Virus record (IMG/VR): IMGVR_UViG_3300036769_000405
Source of the DNA: an uncultured virus (IMG/VR IMGVR_UViG_3300036769_000405)
Lineage: Duplodnaviria; Heunggongvirae; Uroviricota; Caudoviricetes
Direction: 5' to 3' (one strand)
DNA length: 64,000 nucleotides
Both the position numbers and the translations under genes were made by a program. A model generated the notes under the pieces. It saw nothing but the letters and a program-made list of their open reading frames with translations. It had not been told where the DNA came from and ran no database searches. Shown one piece after another: positions 40,849-49,963 of this stretch; the first letter of the stretch is position 1; every line of letters starts with the position of its first letter.

Positions 40849-42063
40849 ATGAAAAATAAATCTAAAAATAGTATTATAGGTTTCACATTCAGTTCTGTTA
40901 CAGATAGTTTCAGAGACCCTAAGGGTGCTTTAATTTTACATACTGAACCCGGTAAACTCAAAGTGGTTCATTGTAGTATGAAAACTCTTTATGAGAAAGT
41001 ACAACAGGGTCAGATAGCAGATGCAAAATTAAAAGATGGTAAACTTATGTACACCGTCGTTTCTAAAAATAAAGCTGCTACTGATACTAAGGCTTTTGCT
41101 GCAGGGTCCGTTGCTACAGCTGGTGCTGGTGCTATTGCAGTTAATTCTTTTGGTGCTGGAACTGCTGTAGCTACGACTGCTACTGAAGCAGCTGCAATTT
41201 CTACAGCTATTACTGCTGATGCAGCTGCTGGTGCTGCTGTAGTTGGTACTGCAACGGCTGCTGAAGTAGCAACAGGTGCTGCTGTCGAAGTTGAAGTTCT
41301 TGCTGCTAGCACTGCAATAGCTACAACTGCTACTGAGGTAGGTGCTAGTGCTGTTGCATTGTCTGGAGCAGCTGTTGGGGCTGCAGTAGCAGGAGGTGTT
41401 GTTTTAGGTGCAGGTTTACTGTATGGTGGATTTCGTCTTGTAAGTGGTGTAATTAATCAGGACACATTATTTGATAATGCTAATGTGAGGTTCATTGATA
41501 ACCACTTTACTAAAGCAACTTTAAATGATGATGTTATTGCAGTTTCTATCTGTGATTTACAGAGAAAGAAAGATAAGCTTGGTGTTACACTCATCTGTAC
41601 AGGAAAAAGCCTTGGTGCCTTTATAACTAACATAGTAAATAAGTATCCATCTTTATCAGGGAAAATTAAAGGTTTAACATCTGATTATGTTGTACTCACA
41701 ATACCTATGAGTGTATTATCAAAGGGTGATTTTGGTGAAGGCTTTAAATTGTTATATAATACTCAGGTATTGCATGATGCTAAATCTTTGGAAAAACTTG
41801 AAAAAGTTTTAAAGAAAGATTCAATGGAATTATCATCACTTGCGCACACCCTTGATGATATCACTGAGAAAAACCTGAAATCTTTGGGAACAGTTGAGAA
41901 TACTGAACAGTCAGTTGATAGTTCAAACTTGATAAAGCAGTATTTTGAGAAATACAATATTCCTGAAGAATCTCAAACTGCAGAACTTAATCGTCTTAAA
42001 ACGGTATTTCATGTCAACAGTGATGCTGAATTAGCACCTCAGTTGAAACTTATGATGGATTAA
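40849..42063 (+). CDS. Gly/Ala-zipper protein with expanded Ala/Thr/Val tract and shared C-terminal module
   Basis: Shares KDG.L.Y.V, NVRFI..H..KA, FKLLYNTQ..HD, LD..T.KNL with the upstream paralogue; GAGGT RBS before ATG 40849. Confidence 0.8.
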   Translation: MKNKSKNSIIGFTFSSVTDSFRDPKGALILHTEPGKLKVVHCSMKTLYEKVQQGQIADAKLKDGKLMYTVVSKNKAATDTKAFAAGSVATAGAGAIAVNSFGAGTAVATTATEAAAISTAITADAAAGAAVVGTATAAEVATGAAVEVEVLAASTAIATTATEVGASAVALSGAAVGAAVAGGVVLGAGLLYGGFRLVSGVINQDTLFDNANVRFIDNHFTKATLNDDVIAVSICDLQRKKDKLGVTLICTGKSLGAFITNIVNKYPSLSGKIKGLTSDYVVLTIPMSVLSKGDFGEGFKLLYNTQVLHDAKSLEKLEKVLKKDSMELSSLAHTLDDITEKNLKSLGTVENTEQSVDSSNLIKQYFEKYNIPEESQTAELNRLKTVFHVNSDAELAPQLKLMMD

Positions 42064-42166
42064 GTAAACTCTGTGTATAAATTATAATACTAATTTAGTT
42101 TGATTATTTTTTTACTTGCCATTAGGCTCTATACTTAAAATTGAATATAGGAATGGAGTTTTAATA

Positions 42167-42679
42167 ATGACAACTAGAAACTATGATTTGGATGCTTATA
42201 GACATACTAAGGATTTACGTGATAAAGTAAATTCTAAGTTTGCTTATAACAATCTAATGATGACTTGCTATGATGCTACTATACTGTGGTTAAATGCAAT
42301 TTATCATTCACTATATGGTGATAATCTTTCTAAACTCGATAAAGTAAATGTTGAAACTTTGGTTGAAGAAATAGCTAAGAAACGCTGTGGTACTGAATCA
42401 CAACTGGCTGGTTACGATCGTTTATATCATTCATATTACCTTGTTTACAAAGGATATACACTAGCTTCTGAAAAAGATGTCAATGAAGCTATTAAAACAC
42501 TCAAGCACGTTCTTGATTTCTATTTGGTTGAAATTCCAATGAACAATCTTGTTAGCTTATATGACTTTTTGATTACAGAATCACCTTTGGATGATAAAAC
42601 AAAATTAGATTCTAAGGAGAATCGTGAATTTATTTTCGCCGTATTGGATATCAGGAATATTCCGCAAGTGACTTATTAA
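42167..42679 (+). CDS. HEPN-like paralogue
   Basis: LDAYRHTKD..YNNLMMTCYDATILWLNAIY..SEKDVNEAI resembles 13811/14303. Confidence 0.45.
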   Translation: MTTRNYDLDAYRHTKDLRDKVNSKFAYNNLMMTCYDATILWLNAIYHSLYGDNLSKLDKVNVETLVEEIAKKRCGTESQLAGYDRLYHSYYLVYKGYTLASEKDVNEAIKTLKHVLDFYLVEIPMNNLVSLYDFLITESPLDDKTKLDSKENREFIFAVLDIRNIPQVTY

Positions 42680-42689
42680 GGAGCCTATT

Positions 42690-43097
42690 ATGAAGATAAA
42701 GCAACAAATTTTAATTGCAGCTTTCGCTTTATTTTTAGGAGTTGCTGCTTTGGTTAGTATTTATGCTTATATGTCTCTACGCATAGATACTTCTACTATT
42801 GAGCATATAAAAACGCTGCAAAGAAGTCCAGGTAAGTTCATAGACCCTGGTAATGAAATCAACGTCGACTCTATTGATGATATTGGTTTCATTGTACTTG
42901 ATGATTATAGTATAAATATCTATTATGGTGATCAAGTTATTGAAATGAATCGTAATTGCTTTAAGTCTGAAGCTTACAGAAATCTATTATCTGAGATTGG
43001 TATTGACGTTTACACTCATGAAAATGATGACGGTACAATCTTATATAAAGTTACTTATTGGGGTGAAGAAATAACACAATTTTCTCGTGTCAATTAG
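42690..43097 (+). CDS. Single-pass membrane protein
   Basis: AAGGAG RBS, N-terminal TM. Confidence 0.7.
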   Translation: MKIKQQILIAAFALFLGVAALVSIYAYMSLRIDTSTIEHIKTLQRSPGKFIDPGNEINVDSIDDIGFIVLDDYSINIYYGDQVIEMNRNCFKSEAYRNLLSEIGIDVYTHENDDGTILYKVTYWGEEITQFSRVN

Positions 43098-43111
43098 GTG
43101 GTTATTAAATT

Positions 43112-43597
43112 ATGAAAACTAAACACTTATTGTTTTTAATACTTGTCATGTTACTTCTATTAACAGGTTGTACAACAGAAGCTGACAGGATATACACTAT
43201 TTGCAAATATGATAACGGTGAAATTTACTGTTATAAAAATGAGGATGAGTTCTATAAAGTCCTTGAGGATGGTTCATTACTCTCTATTAGTGGTGTTGGT
43301 GTAAAAGCATTACCTGCTTTACGTGTTATTCCATCAGACGGAGAGTACTTATTTAACTATCAAATGCCGGGACTTTATAAAGGAACTCTAGAATCAGTTG
43401 ATCATTATGTTTACTTGTTACTTGAAAACAACGGTAGCCTAGATATTAAGTATGCAGATTCAAACTCAGTAGAGATGTTCATTTATACAGAGAGCTGTAA
43501 TATAAGAATTATTTATAATATTCGTGGAGATATACGAATATATGCAGTAGACAATTCCAATAATTATATAAATCCACCATATTTATCTGAAGAATAG
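43112..43597 (+). CDS. Lipoprotein
   Basis: Lipobox LLTGC after a hydrophobic signal. Confidence 0.8.
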   Translation: MKTKHLLFLILVMLLLLTGCTTEADRIYTICKYDNGEIYCYKNEDEFYKVLEDGSLLSISGVGVKALPALRVIPSDGEYLFNYQMPGLYKGTLESVDHYVYLLLENNGSLDIKYADSNSVEMFIYTESCNIRIIYNIRGDIRIYAVDNSNNYINPPYLSEE

Positions 43598-43644
43598 AAT
43601 TTTTGTATACCAGCCTTGTTTTTTAGTTAGTGAGGAGTGTTGAC

Positions 43645-43992
43645 ATGAATAAGAAATGTTCGATGCTAACCCGAACCGAATTTACATATGATTGTGTTTT
43701 AGTTTTAGAATACAATTTTGGTAACTACGACACATCTATGGCAGGACTTGATGAATTGGAAACATTTGCAGATGATGATTTTAAGAAAGCATTTTTACAA
43801 GGATGTAGAGACTATGTAAATAGCTATATGAATATTCAGTATAAACCGAAGTTAGAATACCGTTTAGATAAATTAACAAGTACTAATGTTCTTATCGAGA
43901 ACAGTATTGTTAAACATTTGAATATGCTTGATGGTGCTTCTATGATCTGGTTACGCTACAATATTGTAAATAACTATTGCATGTTTACTTAG
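43645..43992 (+). CDS. Hypothetical protein
   Basis: GAGGAG before ATG 43645. Confidence 0.6.
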   Translation: MNKKCSMLTRTEFTYDCVLVLEYNFGNYDTSMAGLDELETFADDDFKKAFLQGCRDYVNSYMNIQYKPKLEYRLDKLTSTNVLIENSIVKHLNMLDGASMIWLRYNIVNNYCMFT

Positions 43993-44003
43993 AGGTATTT
44001 GTC

Positions 44004-44414
44004 ATGGACGATAAAGAAAAACTTTCTTTAAGTATTTATGACGCTGTATGTAGTGTCAAAGATACACTTAGTCTTCCTATACATTCTACGATTGTGAAGA
44101 CTTTATATTATTCACTCGCATTACTTGCATGCTCAATCTTTTCTGAATTGACTGGATTTTATACTTTCATTTCATGGCAAGGTTGTTTAGCGTGTTCAGT
44201 ATTGCTTGTTATATTACTTTGGATAGAAAGGAGTGAAAATGATGCATTACTTAAAATGTATCGCGCTGCTCGAGTTTCTACAGAAAAAGCTCTACGTAGG
44301 GCAAAGGCAGCAAGTACCCGTTACAGTAGTAAACGAAGTACAGACTGGAATAGTGGGAGTGGAGAAGCTTCTGGAGAACAACCTGACACCAGAGATCAGC
44401 AACAGAATCAATGA
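44004..44414 (+). CDS. Two-TM membrane protein overlapping the next gene
   Basis: GAGGT RBS; two TMs; basic/low-complexity tail in the overlap. Confidence 0.55.
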   Translation: MDDKEKLSLSIYDAVCSVKDTLSLPIHSTIVKTLYYSLALLACSIFSELTGFYTFISWQGCLACSVLLVILLWIERSENDALLKMYRAARVSTEKALRRAKAASTRYSSKRSTDWNSGSGEASGEQPDTRDQQQNQ

Positions 44415-44634
44415 TATTATGGCATCAGTTCTTGTTATTAAGCAGACACCTGGGCTCACTAATTTAACAGAATCCATGAAGACAGCTCTTACTACAGGTA
44501 TTCAGGAACTGATCACAATAATCAGTCTTGAGTCCTACAGCTATTTTCAGGTTCATGATTTCGAGCCTACACCTGAGATTATTCCTGTGTTACGTGGAGT
44601 TGTTCAGGTAGCATTATCGAAAGGAGTTATTTAA
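44233..44634 (+). CDS. Hypothetical protein
   Basis: GAAAGGAG RBS inside the upstream ORF; stop close to the next gene's RBS. Confidence 0.6.
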   Translation: MKMMHYLKCIALLEFLQKKLYVGQRQQVPVTVVNEVQTGIVGVEKLLENNLTPEISNRINDIMASVLVIKQTPGLTNLTESMKTALTTGIQELITIISLESYSYFQVHDFEPTPEIIPVLRGVVQVALSKGVI

Positions 44635-44637
44635 ATA

Positions 44638-45177
44638 ATGTTTGATGACACTATCTCATTCAACAACATTCTTACATCTCTGGAGAGTACTCTCAGTATT
44701 GAGATGTCAGGAGATATGAGAGTCGACGAGACGATCAATGCAGCTGTGCAGCGATTAGAGAATACATATGCTTGTACATTTGATCGTGATGTTTATTCAC
44801 TTCAAAGTGAAAGTCAGTTAATGGCTGATAACATAAACCTTTTACTGAAAGATGTTCAACAATGCTTGGCTATGTTATCACTTTATACAAATTTGAAGAT
44901 CTTTCACATGAATATGGGGATTACCTTGTCTGATGTGAATTATCTTGGCTATGCGAAAGAGTCTCTATTAACAGCATTGAAATATTTACAATGTGAGACA
45001 GAGTACAAAAAACATGCCGATGATATAATCACACCGCTTTATGATACTCTCAATAACATTCCTATGTGTTCTGTCAAGAGAATGTTCATTATCATGCTGA
45101 TGTTTGCACGGCTTGGTATTACAGAGGGTGTTGCTATCATGTCTCAGTTGCTGTATATCGGAGGACTTGTTGTATGA
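44638..45177 (+). CDS. Hypothetical helical protein
   Basis: GAAAGGAG RBS, 179 aa. Confidence 0.7.
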   Translation: MFDDTISFNNILTSLESTLSIEMSGDMRVDETINAAVQRLENTYACTFDRDVYSLQSESQLMADNINLLLKDVQQCLAMLSLYTNLKIFHMNMGITLSDVNYLGYAKESLLTALKYLQCETEYKKHADDIITPLYDTLNNIPMCSVKRMFIIMLMFARLGITEGVAIMSQLLYIGGLVV

Positions 45178-45512
45178 AGCTTAATATTACAAAACAGTAT
45201 AACAAAGGTTTTGTTGAAGATACATGCAATCTTGCTACAGCTATGTTATCGATGAAATCAACACACCTATTCATTGCTTCCAATGCATGGGAATCTGTCT
45301 ACATTGAATTGGATGATAGTATCCCTGAGGGTTATCTTAAATGTTTACACGTTGTTACAAAAAATGTTAAGGTTAAGTTACCTGAGAGTGTGACTGAGAA
45401 TACACTTCGTCAGCTTACTGAATTGTACCCTGAGAAATCTGGTGCTCTACGCCGTACGTACATGCAGAAGAGGAGTTTTACGGAGGTATTACCAGAATGC
45501 TTGGTCAAATAA
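45174..45512 (+). CDS. Hypothetical protein
   Basis: GGAGG before ATG 45174 (ATGA overlap). Confidence 0.65.
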   Translation: MKLNITKQYNKGFVEDTCNLATAMLSMKSTHLFIASNAWESVYIELDDSIPEGYLKCLHVVTKNVKVKLPESVTENTLRQLTELYPEKSGALRRTYMQKRSFTEVLPECLVK

Positions 45513-45790
45513 ATAAACGCAAGAAGCTTGAAGAAACTTTTGCTGACTACCCTAGTATTGCTGAAATTTACTCTGATAAAGATTTTACTTTTGAGAAAGA
45601 CACTGCGTGTTTTTACTGTTTGTTTCTGGACACTCGTAATGACAGTAAGAATATTGATATTGTCAAAATGCTTATGGATATCAGATATATTTTCAGTGAT
45701 GACTCTAGGTTGTATTTTGCAAAAAGTGGGCAGGATATTATGCTGCTAGGTAAGAAATTGATTTGGCGAAAAGGCAGGTGGTACATATGA
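45497..45790 (+). CDS. Hypothetical protein
   Basis: GGAGG RBS. Confidence 0.6.
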   Translation: MLGQINKRKKLEETFADYPSIAEIYSDKDFTFEKDTACFYCLFLDTRNDSKNIDIVKMLMDIRYIFSDDSRLYFAKSGQDIMLLGKKLIWRKGRWYI

Positions 45791-46485
45791 GTTATTGTAT
45801 CAAATGTGGTAACACCGGTATCAATATCGATGGAGATGTATGTGAGTGTAGAGTGAATGTTAAGAGTTTTTACGATACGGTTAGCTGTCTGGATATACCT
45901 GAGCAGTACCGTGGAATTGCCTTCAACTCTATTCTTGTACCAAAGGATTTACATGAATCTTATGCTAAGTATTTGCAATCAGTGTATGATTCTGTATTAA
46001 CAGGTAAATGGAGACAACACAATGTTGTAATCGCCAGTCCTATTGGGCATAGTAAAACTATACTCGCATACTCTTGTATTGAAGTAATGTTTCGCGCCGG
46101 AATTCCTACATTCCCTGTTTACGATATTCTTGAACTAAAAAGAATGTTATTAGATATGGACTTATGCCGTAAGTCATTATACAATATTGATGAACCTGAG
46201 TTGATTGTAACTGCACCAATACTCTTCGTTAAGATTCCTAGAATGTCAAATTGGGAAATTTATGACACAATAGCAATGTTACTTGATCGACGTGTCAGAA
46301 GAGGAAACTCTACAATATTTCTCTATGATGGTAGTTGGAATCAGCTTACATATGGTGATAAGAATAATATTCTTACAGGACTTGTTGGAGATGGTAATTA
46401 CAATACTATAGAGGTTAAATCGTGGTTTGTTTCGTCTGAACCTACTATAGAAAAAGAGATTACTTTGCCAGATAATATAGGTTAA
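45787..46485 (+). CDS. DnaC/IstB-like helicase loader with degenerate ATPase motifs
   Basis: N-terminal CIKCGNTG...CEC, IPEQY...F, Walker-A-like SPIGHSKT, LLDRR....STIF; upstream of dnaB. Confidence 0.65.
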   Translation: MSYCIKCGNTGINIDGDVCECRVNVKSFYDTVSCLDIPEQYRGIAFNSILVPKDLHESYAKYLQSVYDSVLTGKWRQHNVVIASPIGHSKTILAYSCIEVMFRAGIPTFPVYDILELKRMLLDMDLCRKSLYNIDEPELIVTAPILFVKIPRMSNWEIYDTIAMLLDRRVRRGNSTIFLYDGSWNQLTYGDKNNILTGLVGDGNYNTIEVKSWFVSSEPTIEKEITLPDNIG

Positions 46486-46569
46486 CAATTTTAGCAAGAT
46501 GGAATATAGCTTGATTATCAAGGCTGTAAACCTAGTTAATTTTGTGAACCAGTTAGGAGACTTTTAACA

Positions 46570-47061
46570 ATGATTTATAATGTTTATACTGATGGTTCTT
46601 ATATCGACCATGCCAAGTTCGGGGCATTTTACTCAAGTGCTGCTTCTATTGAAATAAAAGGGCAGCCTGAAACTTTAACTACTTTAACTAAAGTTGGAAA
46701 TGATTCAGACTTAATTTCTATGAGAAATGTTGCAGGTGAAATCATGGCAGTTATGATGGTTCTTGAACATTGTCTCAATGTGTTGCAATTAACACAAGAG
46801 GATACTGTTAACCTCCACTATGATTACGTCGGTATTGAAAACTGGTGTAAGAAGAAAGGGGAAAAAGATTACTGGCGGAGTAAGACACAGTTTACTCAGG
46901 CTTACAGGGATTATATGAATCTTATTGTACGCCCTAGGTTTAATGTTGCATTCTTTCATACGCCAGGTCATACAGGGGTTCCTGGAAATGAGAGAGTTGA
47001 TAAACTCGCTCGTGATGCAGTTAAACAACACATTAGAAATTTGACAATGGAGACTAGGTAA
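46570..47061 (+). CDS. rnhA: Ribonuclease HI
   Basis: YTDGS, RNVAGE, YDY.GI..W, GHTG..GNE.VD.LA motifs. Confidence 0.9.
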   Translation: MIYNVYTDGSYIDHAKFGAFYSSAASIEIKGQPETLTTLTKVGNDSDLISMRNVAGEIMAVMMVLEHCLNVLQLTQEDTVNLHYDYVGIENWCKKKGEKDYWRSKTQFTQAYRDYMNLIVRPRFNVAFFHTPGHTGVPGNERVDKLARDAVKQHIRNLTMETR

Positions 47062-47064
47062 ATT

Positions 47065-48483
47065 ATGAATAACATTTTCACACACTTTATAGCTCGCGGA
47101 AACGCTGACGATGATAATCGTCGTCTAGCTTATGCAGCTTGGTTTGTGGACGCTATTCCATCAATAGAGTTCACAGGTGATGAAAGATTATTCTGTGAGT
47201 ACATTGAATACTCAGTTGACCTAGGTGTTCCTTTAAACTATAAGTACTTACAGGTGTGGCTCAACACTGAGTTACGTGAAGTATTGAAGAATACTCAGGT
47301 ACACGTAAGTGGTTGTGAGTCATTGCGTTTTGAAGATCCTGCTTCATTTGAAACAGCCTATCAAACAACTGTTGCAGTTTTGTCTGATGATTACAATGTT
47401 TTAGAGGCTATGTCTTCTGATATTGATGACTTTAAAGTTGAGGTATCTGCTTACTTTACAAATAGGCGTAACGAGAGATTAACTCAATCTCTAGCTGATA
47501 CTTTTGAATTGTTAAACAAAACAAACAGTTCTACACAGGCTGCTGACTATGTACTTGATACTGTGACTGCTATCAATGATATTTATGACGTTACTAAACT
47601 TGATGAACTCGATAGTGATGGTGTAGATACTCTTGATAAGAATGATATGAAGTTTGTTACAGACTTTGGTATTCCAGCAATTGATACTGACTGTGGTGGA
47701 ATTTATACTTCACAGTTAGTTGGTATTGAAGCACAGTCAGGTACCGGTAAAACGCGTTTCGCTTTGGGACAACCTGTTTACAGAGCATTAACATTACATC
47801 ACAAAAATGTTCTCTTCATTGCTCTAGAACAAAAAGTTGTTGAAGTTGAGTCTATGCTTATTGCTTGTCATGTTTTTCACATGTTCAATATTCAAATAAG
47901 TGATAAGATGATAAGACAAAATAACATTCCTAAAGAGATACAGTCGCAAGTTGAAGCTGCTAAATATGACCTGTTTAAATCCGGAAAATATGGCAAATTT
48001 AAAGCACTGGAATTGGATCTATACGTAGAAACTTTCATCTCTAAAATACGTACATTAGATAGATTACACGGACCCTTTGATCTGATATGTATCGATTATA
48101 TGGGTTTATTAGAAAGTAAACCTGCTGAGTACAAACGTGAACTAACTGAATACGAAATCATTAAAACTGGTTTTAAGCAGTTTAAGCGTTATGTACGTAG
48201 AAATAACAAAGCAGGTATTGCTATCTCTCAGTTTAACCGCGAGGGTATTGCGGCAGGTAAGGCTGATAAGGAAATAACAACAGAGATGGCACAAGGTGGT
48301 ATTGCAGTCTACAGAAATACTGACTACAATATTGCAATCTCTATGACTGAGGATATGAAGCTTCAACAGAAGCGTCGATTCAGTCAACCTAAGGTTCGAT
48401 CATCTGCCGGGTTTCCAACATTTATAGCAGATACACGATTAGGATTCTGTTACTTTAAACAAGTGGTTCAAAAGGCGGTGTAG
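47065..48483 (+). CDS. dnaB: DnaB-like replicative helicase
   Basis: Walker A AQSGTGKT, VLFIALE, Walker B ICIDYMGLL, ISQFNRE, K.R arginine-finger region. Confidence 0.85.
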   Translation: MNNIFTHFIARGNADDDNRRLAYAAWFVDAIPSIEFTGDERLFCEYIEYSVDLGVPLNYKYLQVWLNTELREVLKNTQVHVSGCESLRFEDPASFETAYQTTVAVLSDDYNVLEAMSSDIDDFKVEVSAYFTNRRNERLTQSLADTFELLNKTNSSTQAADYVLDTVTAINDIYDVTKLDELDSDGVDTLDKNDMKFVTDFGIPAIDTDCGGIYTSQLVGIEAQSGTGKTRFALGQPVYRALTLHHKNVLFIALEQKVVEVESMLIACHVFHMFNIQISDKMIRQNNIPKEIQSQVEAAKYDLFKSGKYGKFKALELDLYVETFISKIRTLDRLHGPFDLICIDYMGLLESKPAEYKRELTEYEIIKTGFKQFKRYVRRNNKAGIAISQFNREGIAAGKADKEITTEMAQGGIAVYRNTDYNIAISMTEDMKLQQKRRFSQPKVRSSAGFPTFIADTRLGFCYFKQVVQKAV

Positions 48484-48497
48484 AAATTTCTACACCG
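48476..48497. repeat. Perfect 22-bp palindrome over the dnaB stop codon
   Basis: CGGTGTAGAAATTTCTACACCG equals its own reverse complement. Confidence 0.8.
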
Positions 48498-48521
48498 TTC
48501 ACATTGGAGGTTTTTTGAATC

Positions 48522-48716
48522 ATGGTCAAGTGTCCGATTTACGCTGTTAGTGCAATCGAACCAATGGCAGGGATGTCTAAGAAAATGCCGGAGGCGAAAA
48601 TCAAAAAGCTTAACAGTACAAGTACAATGGAGTGTGGAGAAGGATTTGATGATCTCTATGAAAAAGCTTTAAATTATTTGTATGAAGCAGATCGTATAAG
48701 AAATGAACATGATTAA
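48522..48716 (+). CDS. Small hypothetical protein
   Basis: GGAGG RBS. Confidence 0.5.
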   Translation: MVKCPIYAVSAIEPMAGMSKKMPEAKIKKLNSTSTMECGEGFDDLYEKALNYLYEADRIRNEHD

Positions 48717-48730
48717 ATCATGAGTGAGGA

Positions 48731-49501
48731 ATGTATATGAAAGACGTTGTAGTAATACAATCATTGCGTAATCGAGGTGTTGGTTTAAGTAACGTACAAG
48801 AAGTTCTTGCATATGAAGCAATAGAACGCAAACCACGTTATTTGGATAAAGCACCTAGGCGTTTGAACTTAACAAAAGCATCTGATATTACAGTTTTCGG
48901 ATGTTATTCTGATTTTATTATGCATTATATAGAAATCAAGAAAATCAGTTATCTTGAACAGGCTGTTATAGACTTGAAGGGAGTTAAACGGTTTTGCGAT
49001 CCAGACGTTTATAGGGTTCTATATGTTTTAATGCGTGAAGGTGTTTGTAACAATTTAGAGCGCGCTCAGGCTTGTTTTGATGTTTTCAAAACTATCATAA
49101 CAACACCTGGTGATACACTTACAGTTGGTAAGGTATATAGTGCACTTGCAGAATATCAACCAATGAATTACTATGCAGGTGAACTTGTAAAAAGTATTCA
49201 CGTGTGCTTGTTTAATGAAAAGGCACCAGTGCTTTACTGGTTTTGTTTGTGTGAATTTTCAGGTTTTTATGGTGTAGCTATGGAACTTGGTAAAGATATT
49301 ATCAGAGAAAACTGTGAGTCAGAGAAAGATGTAGAAAAGTTCTTACGTCCTGTTTATAAACAAGCTAAGGACGATAAAGAATTCATGGAAAATGTCTACG
49401 CTCCTGGTGCCAATAAATGGTTAATTCCTATATTGTACCTGCTTAAAGACTCACATCCTGAAGCATTGAACCCTAATACTAAAGGCGGTGGTTTTGCATG
49501 A
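48731..49501 (+). CDS. Hypothetical protein
   Basis: 256-aa ORF, GAGGA RBS. Confidence 0.7.
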   Translation: MYMKDVVVIQSLRNRGVGLSNVQEVLAYEAIERKPRYLDKAPRRLNLTKASDITVFGCYSDFIMHYIEIKKISYLEQAVIDLKGVKRFCDPDVYRVLYVLMREGVCNNLERAQACFDVFKTIITTPGDTLTVGKVYSALAEYQPMNYYAGELVKSIHVCLFNEKAPVLYWFCLCEFSGFYGVAMELGKDIIRENCESEKDVEKFLRPVYKQAKDDKEFMENVYAPGANKWLIPILYLLKDSHPEALNPNTKGGGFA

Positions 49502-49647
49502 CGATTGAAAGTATTGTAGGTCTTATTGCTATAGCATTAGTAGTAGTTTTGTTTATAAAAGTAACTAGCAAGATTGCTAGGATTGCAGTAGTAATTGGTG
49601 GTATTGCATTTCTTATTATTTATGTAATACCACAGTATATACTTTGA
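49498..49647 (+). CDS. 49-aa two-TM peptide (not in ORF track)
   Basis: ATGA overlap; MTIESIVGLIAIALVVVLFIKVTSKIARIAVVIGGIAFLIIYVIPQYIL. Confidence 0.6.
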   Translation: MTIESIVGLIAIALVVVLFIKVTSKIARIAVVIGGIAFLIIYVIPQYIL

Positions 49648-49660
49648 ATGAGGATTAATA

Positions 49661-49939
49661 ATGTCTGAGAATGAAATACCAAAGTACTTAAAGAAATCTA
49701 AATCGGATACTTCTAAGTGCTCACAGAGATCATCTCATAAGCATGTTTATGAAAAGTGTTATCTTATGTGGGCACTTAATAAGCCATTCTATATTCCAGC
49801 AGAGTATTGTATCATCTGTGGTAGAGTAAGAAATATGCAGTATTTCTGGAATGGTAATGATAAGCCTTTGGATGAAAATATCAAAGTATTTCCACACCCT
49901 AGACAAAATCATTATATAAATATTCACACATTTGACTAA
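49661..49939 (+). CDS. Small basic protein with His/Cys zinc motif
   Basis: HKHVYE.C...YCIICGR. Confidence 0.65.
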   Translation: MSENEIPKYLKKSKSDTSKCSQRSSHKHVYEKCYLMWALNKPFYIPAEYCIICGRVRNMQYFWNGNDKPLDENIKVFPHPRQNHYINIHTFD

Positions 49940-49963
49940 ATTCTTTAGGAGGATTTTTATACT

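Noticed and set aside
41080..41420. GCT/GCA-rich tract as a DNA tandem repeat or tape-measure gene
   Set aside because: Imperfect low-complexity coding for Ala/Thr/Val with no fixed nucleotide period; the protein is short and has a non-phage paralogue.
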